NCBI GenBank assembly: GCA_977030845.1 | Contig: OZ365110.1 | Coordinates: forward strand, 39,122,001 to 39,186,000 | Source of the DNA: Fimbriosthenelais zetlandica | Lineage: Eukaryota | Direction: 5' to 3' | DNA length: 64,000 nucleotides | Shown: positions 50,894 through 63,964 of the stretch, one piece after another | Layout: every line of letters begins with the position of its first letter | How positions within the stretch are numbered: the stretch's first letter is position 1 | Translations under genes and position numbers: made by a program | Notes under the pieces: generated by a model | Database searches by the model: none | Told to the model about the DNA's origin: nothing | The model's input: the letters and a program-made list of their open reading frames with translations, nothing else

Positions 50894-52631
50894 TAGATCT
50901 TAGAGTAATTTACTCTAAGAATAGATTTAAACTAAACTTGAGGATGCTGCGGCATCCCACGTTCCCTATAAAACCACTCCTCTGTATCATGTCATATAGT
51001 GTACATTGTAATAAGGATGTTAAAAACATCAGACCAGTTCCAGCAGGATTGTCGGTACCGGAACATTAATCATTATTCGCTGAATAATAAGGTTCACCCC
51101 AATAACCAACCAACATGACTTAATCTTAGCAAACACCATTTCTTATCTTCTGTTTCATACTCAGACGCTACAAGAATAATACCACCTTAGAGTAAGATCA
51201 TTTTACTCTAAGATACCAACGGAAAAGAGAATAATTTCATACAGAGTTAGAAAATGATAATCATTATATTAAACATCATCTATAATTTCCGGAAAGAAAA
51301 GTCTGACTCTTAGTCTCTTGCTCACATCAATACATCTTTTAACCTTCAATAACCCAAACCCTAACAGTCTTGTAAAAAAAAAATAACGGCAAGTATTTGG
51401 TCATGCATGGAGAATTCATTGCAATGTACTTTAAAAAAATGATTTATATTCATAATAAAACAGTTAGGGCCGGTTGCTGTATACTTCTTACTAGCTAGAA
51501 ATATATTTCAGTTCACACATTACAATTTTGAAAACAAATCAAAGGAAAGGATGAAGTATGAGTGTTCTTCAATGTTCAATATTATAAGATGAGACAGTGT
51601 TTTTAGACTGTCTCACAAGAGAGTAATGCCCAAGAAATCGTGTGTGTATACATACTATAAGATTGGTGCTATGTAGATCAGCAATCTGGGGTTTATATAA
51701 GGGAGGTGCAACCTATAATTGTCGTTTATATCATACTGAAATCATACCCTGTAACGTCTTTAGAGTAGCATAATATAGGTTACTCAGACGTACAGGGCCT
51801 CTGGGCTTATGCTCTAAAAAATGAGACAGAGTCTCAAACCCAGTATTCCCTTCCGTAGGAGCCATTTAGCAGTAGTATTTCAGTCAGTGTCACCCATAAA
51901 GTCCAATCTCTAACATTTCCATCCATAGTTTATGTACACAAACCCTTCGCTTACATTACTTCGGTTAAAGTCATTGAACGTGTAACCAACATGTACTTGT
52001 ACATAAGGATACAGTGCTCATTATCTTCTGTGTGGATTTGTTTGTGGGGAGGAATTACAAACAGAAACTTGTATATTATGACAGTTCATAATGTGCGATA
52101 GAACATTAAACATGATAGTTCCAAGGTCTAAGGCTTCAGTTTGAGTATTATATTACTTTATAATATTATATAAAGTTTACCCAAGCTTCAGAAGCACCAC
52201 TGTAAGGCAATATAGACCAAGAACTGAACTTTGTATAAATGTAAATGACTGAAACTATTGTATATCTCACTCATGTTTCCCCAAGACATTCGTGTATTCG
52301 GTTGGATTGGACTGTTTGAAAACGGTAATATTTTGTTGTATATTCTGTTGAATGTTTAAAGTACTGAATCTTAATTGTAACAAAGAATCCATGTACTCCT
52401 GGTGTTCCACTGCAATGTGATATAGAGAGATTGATATGCGGTTGATTTCTTTTTAGCTTGTTTAGATAAACATAATGAAAACAATGCTTAAGGAGTTCTA
52501 GTTCCATCTTTTCCTTATTTTCCAGTTCAGAATTGACTCATTTCTGGTCTTCGTAAGGAAATTAAACTATTAAAAGGAAACTCGGGGCTTACCCTGCTAA
52601 GTACTACAACTGCACTCTCTTACGTGGGAAC

Positions 52632-52655
52632 AGATAAGTGATAGTGCAGCTTTAA
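52632..52655. repeat. Solo terminus of the same MITE family
   Basis: AGATAAGTGATAGTGCAGCTTTAA differs at 2 of 24 positions from the right end at 50870-50893. Confidence 0.6.
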
Positions 52656-54991
52656 GAGGTGAAACTCAAGACATCTCATGTTGTTTTAGGCATTTTATTT
52701 CCGAACCAGCTGCTTGAACCATGACACTTTCTTACGAACTTTGTGTCACATATCTCACCCGAACCTTAGTGTAGATGGAGGCTACAAAAGTAAACTTCTA
52801 AGGTTCGTCACAATGTATATAATTGAGTCCTTCCAGCCCACTCTGCCAATCACAATTATATTAAGTACAGACCTTTACTTATATACAAAAATAAATCTCA
52901 AATACTGTACGTTTCTGAACCCAATAGGACATACATCGCTGGCAGTAATTAATGAACGCATGGAATAACATACAGAAATTATTTCATCAAAATGAAAATA
53001 GATCTCATTTAGTAAAAAAGGCAGATTGAGTTACACATGCACTCATTAAATTTTAAGTTTATATCATGGAATAAAATTTCTCATTTGAGCAGCCACTCTC
53101 TCTGTTCAACTTATCATATCATTTGATCTAATATTACAATAATAATATCAGGTGTCTAGAGTATGGTATATATTTTATCATATACACATGGAGGAATGAG
53201 TGCTTATTATTATATGAAAATGAAAACTAACGGTGGGTGCTAAATAGGCAGAGCTAGACATTCCTCCATGGGCAGTATAACTATTTTATTTATAAATCTA
53301 AGTAGACTACATTGCCGTTGAGTATCCTCATTCAAAACCACGTGTAAAGTATGAAAGAAATAGACTATGGGTCACATTACCCCAAGTATGTGAAGCAAAA
53401 ATAAAGTATTTTGTAAAAATATAAACTTTTAACATTGGTCCCACGAGTCCATGGATGATTAGGTTATTGGACAATACCGGAATGTTTACAAATGGCAAAA
53501 GGGGAGGAAGTATAGAGGAGGGGAGACAAAAGGACAGGATCTGTCAAGAAACAAGGCTCCATTAATTCCTCCTCCATAGATCCACTGAGGTCTTAAGGGC
53601 TAAAGACAGGTCTTAAATCAACATTAAATGTGCCTGATGCTAGTAATTTTTTAAACCTGTCTTACGCACTAAAGACAAAAGTGTGTTTTTCCATTTAAGT
53701 ACTAAACTTAAGTTTTTGTGCCATTTCATATGTCTATCCACATCAGTGAAAAATAAAACTGAAAAGTTTTTAAAAACATACAGATGTATCTGATCACCAA
53801 CGCCGTCTACACTATAGATATCCACAGGTTATTTATAAGTAAAAATATCTAAGTGTTTTTTTTCATTTGGCCAACGGGAACACCATTTTTCTAAAACCTG
53901 GGTGTATATTGGGGTACCTTTCTCAAAGGCCCAGCGTCAACCCTGACCAGATTCGGAAATATTGATATGATGATTATTTTCCTTTTTAAGATCTTGTTGA
54001 CAAAATGTATTCTGACATACAACGAGACATTTCAACATGGGAAGCGGCCAAGAGGGGAAAAATCGAGGCCAGGACATTACAAAAGCCAGAAGCACGAACA
54101 AAAAAATCTCCAAAAAATGTTTCAGCAAACAAAGAACAAAGAATATAAGCATAAATGTAATCTACGACACTAAATTGTAAGCCAATAAGCAGCAAGTCTC
54201 AATTCTGAATTATTCAATTTTAGTTAATCAAAAAGTGAAGCAAATCAAAATTTCTAACTGAAAAAAAAGTTTATACTAAATTCTAATTTCGTATTAGTTC
54301 ATAAGAGTATAGCATATATGCACCATTAATTTTGCCAATTTTTAGTTTCCATAGAAGATCATACCTTCCAGTTATCATGATTTACACATGTAAATGTATT
54401 TTCAGACCTTTTGTGAGATTTTAAAAATATGTTACGTAAGAAAAGCATCTTACAGTTGGAAGAGTCGGTAGATAATCGTAAGGCACCATAAAGTTTCTTA
54501 AAGTCAACTTCCTCTGAGATCTGTGGCTAAGATCATGCTTCCAGACTATCTCAGATGAACCATTTGAGCGAACATTACATATAATTTGTGTATGAGTATA
54601 TTATAATCGGGACACTGTATACAGCCTGAACGCACATGGAAGCAAGAATGTACGCAAGGTATGAAGTGTTTGGTCGTAAAATCTGATGAAGTTGAACCAT
54701 GACAAATTCTTAATTAGATCTCAATTCCAATTCATGCAGGAAACAATTGAATGGGGTGATAGTAGATGATGACATTTCATTACAAGAGAAGCACACATAT
54801 GTAACATATTACATTCGATTCATCATTGTTTCATTCATTCTAATCTTACATATATATCAATTTACAAATTATCCACATTTTTATCAGGATTTCATTTAGG
54901 AATTTCTCCCCATATATCATTATCAGCGTTTCAAGGGGGGAAACAATTGACTGAAGGAAGAAAAAAACTCATAAGAGAGAGAATGCAATGG

Positions 54992-57512
54992 TTACTCTGG
55001 AAGTGGTTGTTTTTCAGGGAGGAGGGGATAAGTGGGAGTGTTAGAAGCTCCTGGACGGTTTGGTGCTGAAGGTTCGGCTTGTGGCCCGCTGTCGTTGAGT
55101 GGTTTACGATCAGGCCACTCATCCCAGAGTACACGAATGACGTCCGTTACTGTTAGTGTATTAGTATTGTGTCCTATCAAACGTAGCAGGAATATACCAT
55201 CAGCCCGCAAGTACTTCCTGGTGAAATCACCTGCCTTACGTTCGTCGTCGCGGTTTTCAAGACGCCCGAGGAATTTAAGGTGATTCTTGATGTAGTTCAC
55301 TTTATCCGCTCCAGAGACGGCCCTGAGAATCCACACAACCAAACTGATGAACGATAGTCCAGCGACTCCGATCATCCAAAACCAAAGGAACATGAAGATC
55401 TTCTCGTTGTAAAGGTTGATGGGTAGGGCGCATTGAATGGTGTACCTGTGGACGTTACCGAGACGTCTTACGTCAAAATCACACATGGTTACTCTGGGGA
55501 AGGCAACGAAGGGAGAGTTGGTCCAGTCATGGTCCTGGACCATCCACTTCATCACATGGAAGCCGTACACAGAGAACTCCGTAGCCAGGAGATGGTCGAG
55601 GATGAAAAGCTGGGCAATGACGTTAACGACGTACATGGCCTTTGTTATGATGTAAAGTATGACCAAATACGCGCCAAATCTGCAATGACAAGGGGGAAAA
55701 ATTAATCAGATAATTCACAATTGACCTAACCTACATATATATGCCCTAACTCCAAGCTTCTATACATCTCCACACCTAGATTGAGGAATGGTTCATTCAT
55801 AGAAAGAGGAGTGGTTTGTGGCCTGTGGGGTTAGCATCCTACCATAACTATTGATGTTAAAAAAAATGGCTTATCTGTTATCATTGTCGATTTCAGCGAT
55901 TTTATAGTCTTGGTTGTCAAATGGGAAATTATTTTCATTAACTATGAATCCATTTATCTTATGTTTATTAAAATGTTCCGCAGTTCTTAAAATTAAATGT
56001 ACTCTGTCAACTCTAACCAATTTTCTAGGACTACCCTTCATCACGGTGGCACCTGTTGTATACACTTAACTGTCACCATAAAAAGTATTCCAGGAACGGG
56101 TGACCAGAGGGACTAGAACTGAAGTCTCTCTGGGGCGACTTTTCCCCCCACGTTTTTCCAAAACCGTGGGAACCTTGTCAAACAAATGCATGTCTTTAAA
56201 ATGCTTCTAATTTGGCTTTAGAATATATATGTATCAACATAAGTTTCCAGAGTAATATTTAAGTGCACAGAAATCAACATGGGAGAAGCAATGTCAGACA
56301 AATGTATTGAACTATTTAATAAAAAAAAAAAGAAGACTATAATGCAGTAGGCCTACATGTAAGTATTCTGTTATGCACCCCCTCCCCCTCCCGCCCCAAG
56401 AGAAACCCCCACCCACCCACCTTACTGAAATCATGGATCCGCCACTGTCAAGCTTGTAGAGAAGGATACTTTCTCTAAGCTGACTCATATGTTCCCATCC
56501 CACTCCCAGTGGGAATGGCTACTGGGAGTGGGAGAAGGATTTGCATGAGAGGGATTATGTAATATTGCATAAAGTTAAACCCAGAATAGATCCAATTAAC
56601 ACACATCTGCTTTGTCCCTCATACCTATATTTAGCACACGTTTTAAATGTTAATCCTGAAAGTGGGCCAAACAAAGAGACCAACTGGTGGGTACACATGT
56701 CCAGTATATTTTCACCTTTTCATTGTTAGAAACTAATGGTTTTATCCCTAAGCCTTCCGAGGAAAGGTTAAAAAAAGGCCTAAAATAAAGTCACACAATA
56801 TTAAAAGATAGGGGTTTATAGAATAAAATTATATAGCCTACTTTGGTCGCGCAGTCACAGCTTTTGGACATGAAAGTTAAAATAAATTTTAAAATAAAAG
56901 ATATATTAACGACACAAAAATAAATAAACAAATAAATTTCTCTCACCTTCTTCCACAACATTGCCTTTGAGCGAATTTGTCCTTTATGCTTCCATGTCCC
57001 ATCCCTTTCCTGGTCGATAAATAACGATGCATCTGGTTTCTAATCATGGTCAACTTGTCGTTTCTCGCCTCCTGATCGTCAGCTTTATTGAAGGTATAGG
57101 CAGCTTGAAGAATGTTGTCTGCATCCACTCCTCCACTATTATTAAAGCCATGCCAAAGTATACTGGGGACATAGAATAAAATGGCCTGTCCCAGCAGGAT
57201 GAAGGGAATCCATTGATAGTATGGGATGTGGTGTCTTTCTTCGCCTGGTCTCGGTAGATTTTCATCCAGTGGAAAGTAATATGTATTCCTCACCCAGCAA
57301 TAAGCTGTGGCATATTTTGTGTGACTACCTGTAAAATGCACAGGGGCCCAACAGGTGATGGGTGTCCCTACATACTGATGCATAGAAACAGTCACAGCAA
57401 AAGTTAACAGCACAACAACTGTGTATTTACTGTTGAGACGATCAATGAAATCGTCATCCCGCTTGGATTTAGTGCTGGGTAAACTAGTGAATATGCCAAC
57501 AAGTGAATCCAT
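54992..57512 (-). CDS. inx: Innexin (invertebrate gap-junction/pannexin family channel), 417 aa, two coding exons
   Basis: Exon 1 is 57512-56947 and exon 2 is 55679-54992 (GT-AG, phase 2; 1254 nt). Hallmarks: DDDFIDRLNSKYT, QYVGTPITCW, YCWVRNTYY, YYQWIPFILLGQAILFY, GRRFGAYL..LY, FPRVTMCDF, QCALPINLYNEKIFMFLWFW. Confidence 0.97.
56498..56533. repeat. Perfect 13-bp inverted repeat (hairpin) in the innexin intron
   Basis: TCCCACTCCCAGT (56498-56510), a 10-nt loop, then ACTGGGAGTGGGA (56521-56533). Confidence 0.85.
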
Positions 57513-59199
57513 CTTCTTTCAGTCCGCCCCAGACGAAAAGGGAGACACCAACTACACAGCAGTAATACTAATGGCCGCCACCGAAAAACGATGTACGCAC
57601 AACGGCCAAGTGATCCTAAGGAATTTGACCTAAAGTGGTCTATTATTATGTAGTTTAAAGGTCCAAACCTGTCGTTTAAGTGTCACTACGTGTCTATGAG
57701 CTGGTATTTAGAGTCCTTTTTGAGCTCGGGATGAAATATCCGGGACTGAAACAGTTCCCGGAAAGGAGAAGATGACCCTAAAATGTTGTTGGGGACTTTA
57801 AAATGGCGACACTCTCACTGTCCTATCCTGCTGCGGGAACAGCAGCGACACTGAGGAACACGACATTAACGTAGACTTGTCAAAGGCCTACTGCTAATCT
57901 ATCTTACTCTCGCCACATTCACGTTTGTTCGTTCTTTATGCATAGGCCTATAATATAGGACGAACATATTATGTATAGCCTACCAGGTGTGTGTTTATGA
58001 TTTTATGGTAGCTATGTGTTTATTTCTATGGTTTTTTCTTCATATTTTCTTTTCAAACGTATGTTTATAGACTTAGGAATTTAGGCTAGCACAATAAAAT
58101 TTACCATAGTAACAGTTACGTAACATGTTTTTTGTCCTGTCCCTGTCCACCTAGGCTAGAACTTTTCTATTTATAAATTTATTTTTTGGGTGGGTGGGGG
58201 GGGGGGGGAGGGGGGTTAGGCCTAGCCCTAGGTGTCTAAACAATCACATACCCCGGTACTTTTTTTCATGCTACAAACATTGTCCTAAATAGCATAGACA
58301 TATTATTATAGCCTATGGGCCTAGGACTAGGTGCCTACATGTGACGTTAGGCCGACAATGTTAAAGCGCCTAAGGGAGGATAAAGATTGTTTAAAAATAA
58401 TTCTGAGTCTTACACATGTCTACAGGCCGACCTAATAACCTCTCCGACCCACTTTCTCAACCATGGCAAGTCGAACCCCCTATAGCAAATCGAACCCCCG
58501 ATGAGGCCGATCTACAGGTGCATTTGCCCGTGGTTGGGATGCATTCAATTTGTAATGTAAGAATTCTGGATAGGGCATTTTACTCTAAGATAGGGCCTAC
58601 ATTTAGCTAGCCTAAGTCCTGGGAGTTGGGGTAGGCCTATTTGCTATTGAGTACGGTACGGTTTTTAAATTGGTTTCCATGCAGCAGTCATGATTTCCGT
58701 GTTAAAATTTATAAAATTTATCTAGGCCTATTAAAATATAGGGTAAGGCTACTCTCAGATTGTTGACAACCCTCTGCGAATTACGATATGCCTACATATG
58801 ATACCAGGCGTGTGTGGTGCCGTTAAATATTATATCTATCAGACTATGAAATATGACGTACCTTAGGCTACCGCCAGGGGTAGATCTGTGTAGTGCAGTG
58901 CCACGTGGGAAGTTCATTATTGTGCTGCTATCTAGCGTTAAAGGTTAGAGCCTTGGCCAGGGTTAACCTGTCTCTTCCGCAAATTACCAGGCGGCAGCAC
59001 GAGACATGCTCAATGTACGGGGTACCAAGGCCTTAGTGAGGCTAGTCATTCCTTGGTCCTTGGATAAGCGATTTACTAAAATTACGAAGATTGATTAAAC
59101 TATTTAGGAATGTTCGAATAAAGTCTTGGCACTGGAACTTGTGAAAGAAGCGGTAACTTCATCTGAACTTTGTCTTTGAGTTGGGGTTCCCACCGATGA

Positions 59200-59515
59200 C
59201 CGCCATTTGCAATTTTCCTGTGATGTACTTCCGGTCGGTGTGGTAAAAGAGTGGTTCCGCTGTACCCGATGTTCCGGATGGCAAAGTGGCAATCACCGTA
59301 AAACAATGAGATATCAACTGTCTGCAAATTATGGTAACCCCTTCACCTTAAACTAACATTAACTTAATCCTACCCAACGTGCCACCCATTTTTTCATCCA
59401 AACTTTGGTGCCTGGGACATCTCGCAACGCAGAACGACCAGCTCACCACACCGGTCGGAAATAGGTCACAGTCGTTAGTCTCGCGAGATCTCGTACACCC
59501 AGAACAAGATGGCGG
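59200..59515. promoter_or_regulatory. CpG-rich, probably bidirectional core promoter (RANBP3 rightward; a leftward transcript toward innexin)
   Basis: CCGCCATTT (YY1-like, minus) at 59200-59208; ACTTCCGG (ETS) at 59227-59234; an inverted counterpart at 59445-59462; the palindrome TCTCGCGAGA at 59479-59488; AAGATGGCGG (YY1-like, overlapping the RANBP3 ATG) at 59506-59515. Confidence 0.65.
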
Positions 59516-61905
59516 AAGTCAACACAGGTAAGGCGCAAATGTATTGGTGTTTCTTATCGCCTCTTACCTTCCCTTGTGTTCTCATATGATTTGAGATTTG
59601 TGGACAACTGAACATATGCAGTTTGACGCATATCCGAAGGTGTCAATCTTGGCTGTTGGTATTTAGATACGAGGATTAAATACCGGTAGATTCTCAACTG
59701 ACGGCTCTCTGACTGAGTCAGTCAGTGAGCAGGCCCAGTCAGTCACTCAGTGGACAGTGTGGTCTGTGGAATAAGACAATCTGACGGTTTCATCCATAGC
59801 TGCTCTAGAATGAAGTTCATCTATGTGTACTTGTTCAAGTTGTTGGACGTTCATTGGAACATGAGTGACACTAGTCTAAACTATGAGGAGCATGAACTGT
59901 TTATTGCACCTTCACTGCTTCAGTTATTTTGACGGCTATCGCATTTTGACACTTCATTCTTCAACAGACAACACTGACAACAGTTTCTGAGACCGAGTCT
60001 CAAGTACGGTACCGTACTACTACTACTAATACTAGTATGGTACTACTAGTAGAAATAGGGCCTTGATCTTACCTGTGTCAATATTAATCCAAAATATTAA
60101 GGCCCCCTAGGAACCAGTTATTTGAGTATGGCAAACGAGCATCTCTCTCCTCCCTGTTAGTGTTAATAACAAATCTTATCTGAAACTCTCCCTAGCGGCC
60201 TAGGGCTAGGCCTTGCAGATCCAGATGTACATCATGTATGTAACGTTAGTTTCCCAATTTTAGACTATAACAGAGGAAACGCCCTATTGTGGGAGGATGA
60301 TCTGGAACTCTGGATATTTCCCAAAAGTTAAGACAGTGCGGCTGCCTGGTTCGATGTTGGCCTCGACGACATGAGGGGTTTTTACATGCCATAGGGCCAA
60401 TAGTAGGCCTATTGGCAATACTCTCAAATCTTACATTGTATCATTTTGTTCCTTTCTTAGGACCGACAGAAGAAAAATTTGTGTTCGGGCAAAATATGGA
60501 AGACAGAGCCATAAGGGTAAATACATTGTCATGAATATGTGATAGTTGTATTTTATAATAGTAGTCAAATTCCTCTAGTAACATGAATTTCATCTAGGCT
60601 AAACAGAACAAAATAAACGCAAAAGTGCCCTTTGATAATTATTATAATATAAATGTTTGTATTTATAGCCCCCTCATGAGACCAAAGAGGAAACTGCCAA
60701 AACAGGTAAACATTTTAAAATAAAAATGCAAGTTTGTTTGTTTTTTTATTTATCTAATTTATTCTGGAGGTGCACAAAAAAGAAAAGTATTATGCCGCAA
60801 ACTGCGTCAGACAAAAAAGTTTAAATAGAAATTAGTCACAGTGTGTTCATGAATAAACAATGAATAACAATTGTCTTGAATAAATTGAACAAAATGCCAA
60901 ATACATTTAATATAGTAAATTAGTAATCGTATCAGCATTTTGGGGCTATATGTTAGTTGACTGTTCAATCTACATGCCTGTATTTTTGCAGAAAATGGTG
61001 CGGAGGAGGAGAAGCGAGCTTCAACACAGTCTCCACTGCGACCGAGCGCCTTCAGACCAGGCGGTGGTATACTAGCCCCCAGCCGCCTTGGTGCTAACCC
61101 ATTTGTGTCTAGGCCATCAGCTGGAAACCATGTGGTTCAAGATGGTATCTATTCTTCCTTTCATTTTCTTTAATTAAATTTATTTTATACATTTTTTAGC
61201 TTTGTAAACGAAGGTCTAAATTCTACAAATTGTGTCATCTCTAGATTTATTTGTAAAATATGCCAATATGAAACATATCTATTTTTGTTTTATTCAATGT
61301 TAAAAGGAATTTTTTAATTTTATTTTACTTTTCAGTGAGTTTGAATTCGAATCCATTTGCTGCAAAAGCTAATCCAACGTCAGTGTCAAGCACGAGTGCA
61401 GATCAAGAAGGTATGTTCGCCACATTATGAATACATGTATTCCATGATAAAATTGCTCCTTTGGATTCTTTCAGAAATAAAATCTTTGAAGGTCCTTAGT
61501 GGGACAAAATGTGACATGCATAATTATTTATATTATTTCTTAATACAGGCCCCAGTAGGATGATTTTGAAACCTTCTGCTCTAGACCGGCAAACTGCTAA
61601 TTTGGGGAAAGTCAGTGGCTCAAGTAAGTTATAATATGTCATTTTATTCCCATTTCCTGTCATTTTTCTCATTAATTTTGCAAAATTTTCCCTGAATTAA
61701 TCTGCTATTTTATATGTATTTCTGTTTTAGCGCTAGGGGGTTCAAGCAGTTACAAAAGTTCCTTTAAACTCGAACCTGCCAAACTGAGGAATCCATTCTC
61801 TCAGCCCAAAAGTAAGTCCCAGGAAATATTTTTATAAGAATTTTTTAAAGAAAAACTAGCTTGATACGCAAAACAGCGACAATTAATTTATCGCAACAAT
61901 TTCCT

Positions 61906-61947
<42 letters not shown>

Positions 61948-63964
61948 AAAAAAAAAATAACAAAAATGTGTCTATGCTACAGGTGATCATAAAGAGAACG
62001 TGAGTGAGTGTGAGCGGCCAGTATCAGAGGGAGAACCGGCCAGCGAAAGGCCAGCTGAAGATTCCCCGTCAGCAGCTTCAACCAGTAACGCTGCTTCACC
62101 AGAGTCTAAAGGCGCCGAGAGCGAATCAACAGAGCCAGAGAAACCCAAAACAAAAAGGTACGTGTCTCAAATAAACTTCTAAATAAAAGATGGCCTTAAG
62201 TTTGCCCTGATCATGATGATCTTAGACATTTTTCATTTTGGTTAAATTATCTAATTAAAAAATGCTTAACGCTCAAATTGTCTCCCTTATTTTCAGCTTT
62301 ATATTCGGTCAAAATATGGAGAATAGAGTCACCGTAAGTATATTGCTTTCCCAGTTAATTGAATTAAAAAAATATCGTTTTCATATTTATTTGTAACCAT
62401 TGACTTTTCATTATTAAATTTGCACTCAGAATTTTTATGTAATATTTTTTTATAGAATGCACAAGCTGAGACAAGCAGCCCAGCCCGGGATTTTGTGTTT
62501 GGTGAGCGGGTTGGTGAGCGTGCGTCTGGTATGGGAGCCACATCTCCTGGCGCCGAAAACGACAAGGACAAACCAACCCCTGGTGAGCTCCCCAGCTACA
62601 AATCTCAAAATTATTTCCAGAATCATTAATATATTAATCAATTCGACCCAGTGAAAATAAGGAAGGCGATTTTGAATTTGTATATCCACTTCTGACGGTT
62701 ACATTCAGTATGGATGACTTTTGTCCCGGTATTGTTAAAATCCCCATAAGGATTTCTTATTAGATTTCTGATCAATTAACTTATTTTAGGCGGAGAGTCG
62801 GCCACACAGACATTGGTGGAATCGGCGGCTGCGCATCAAGCTAAACAAGCGAGACCAGAATTACAGGAGGTCCACGTCACGACAGGCGAGGAAAACGAAT
62901 CTAACGTGTTCCAGGTACCCACTAGCCATTATAGATCGGTGATAGAGCAGCTTTAATAGCCACATATAGTTTACTGTCAAAGTACAGTCCTTCCTTCGTA
63001 TCCAACCCTCTAAACCCATCATGTTTGTCTGGTGCCATTTTCCTTTTTATGTGTTTGAAGCGTATATCGTATAAGGTATAGTAAAGTTTGAAGGTTGAGG
63101 TGTTCCCTATTCACTTCATAGTCCATGGTTATTATATTAATTATTAAACAGGTCCCAGATTAATGGTCATGAGTTAGTAAGTGATTTCTGAATTTCTAGG
63201 TGAATGCCAAGCTGTTTTCGTTTGACAAAGCAACACAATCTTGGCTTGAACGAGGGAGAGGGCTGCTGAGATTAAACGATATGACTGACAGTAATGATAG
63301 TGCTTTCCAATCACGACTAGGTAAGATTACATTTTATGAATAAAATATATTTAAATACATGTAAAAAATAAAAATGTAAATAATGAAAATTTCGGTTTAA
63401 ACCAGCAAATTTTTGTTTAAAATCAGGCATATTAAGAGAAAAAGAGGACACAAAACAAAACTAATAAAATTTAAAAAAAATTGTGATTTGTTTTCAGTGA
63501 TGCGCACTACAGGGAGTTTACGAGTGATCCTCAACACCAAGGTGTGGTCGGGGATGAGCGTGGAGAGAGCCAGCCCTCGTAGTGTGCGCGTCTCTGCTGT
63601 AGAGAGCGATGGCGACGTTAAAATATTCCTTATCATGACCAACCCCAAAGATGCTGACCAGATTCTCAACGCTATAGACTGGCGAGTACAAGAGCTAAAG
63701 AAAACGGACAGTGAAGTGCCCACCAGTACTCCATCTGATAGTCAAATTTCCTCAAAGGTAGCTAAATTTGATATGTCCCACCACCGCCAAAATTACCAGT
63801 AGATTTGTTAGTATATTTTTAGTAATTTAAATAATTTAAATTTTACGTTATCTGTATTTCTATTTGTTAAAGGCTACACAAGATAGTTCTGCATCATCTG
63901 CACAGCCAGAAAAGCGACAGTCTGAAACGCCAGAAGTTGGTGCTACCCCAGCTAAAAAAGCAAG
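59509..63964 (+). CDS. RANBP3: Ran-binding protein 3 (Crm1/XPO1 export cofactor); 3' end beyond the window
   Basis: Exons 59509-59527, 60461-60516, 60669-60705, 60992-61144, 61336-61410, 61549-61623, 61731-61811, 61983-62157, 62297-62333, 62456-62582, 62790-62914, 63200-63320, 63498-63757 and 63873-63964. All GT-AG with consistent phases. FxFG motifs (FVFGQN, FIFGQN, FVFGE) precede the RanBD (TLVESAAA...VTTGEENESNVFQVNAKLFSFDKATQSWLERGRGLLRLND...SRLVMRTTGSLRVILNTKVW...VKIFLI). Confidence 0.93.
62933..62956. repeat. Solo terminus of the Kolobok-like MITE family in a RANBP3 intron
   Basis: AGATCGGTGATAGAGCAGCTTTAA has 1 mismatch to 50870-50893. Confidence 0.6.

Noticed and set aside
55032-57633. 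Plus-strand and alternate-frame ORFs overlapping innexin
   Set aside because: Antisense or frame shadows of the innexin exons, with no independent coding signal.
57940-60420. Frequent TAGGCCTA palindromes and the 16-bp palindrome AGTACGGTACCGTACT (60003-60018)
   Set aside because: TAGGCCTA is scattered across the whole window and looks like a genome-wide compositional word. The 16-mer adjoins a (TAC)n run and has no other support.
63413-63497. N-terminal part of track ORF 63413-63802
   Set aside because: Intronic read-through; the real exon starts at 63498 after TTTTCAG.
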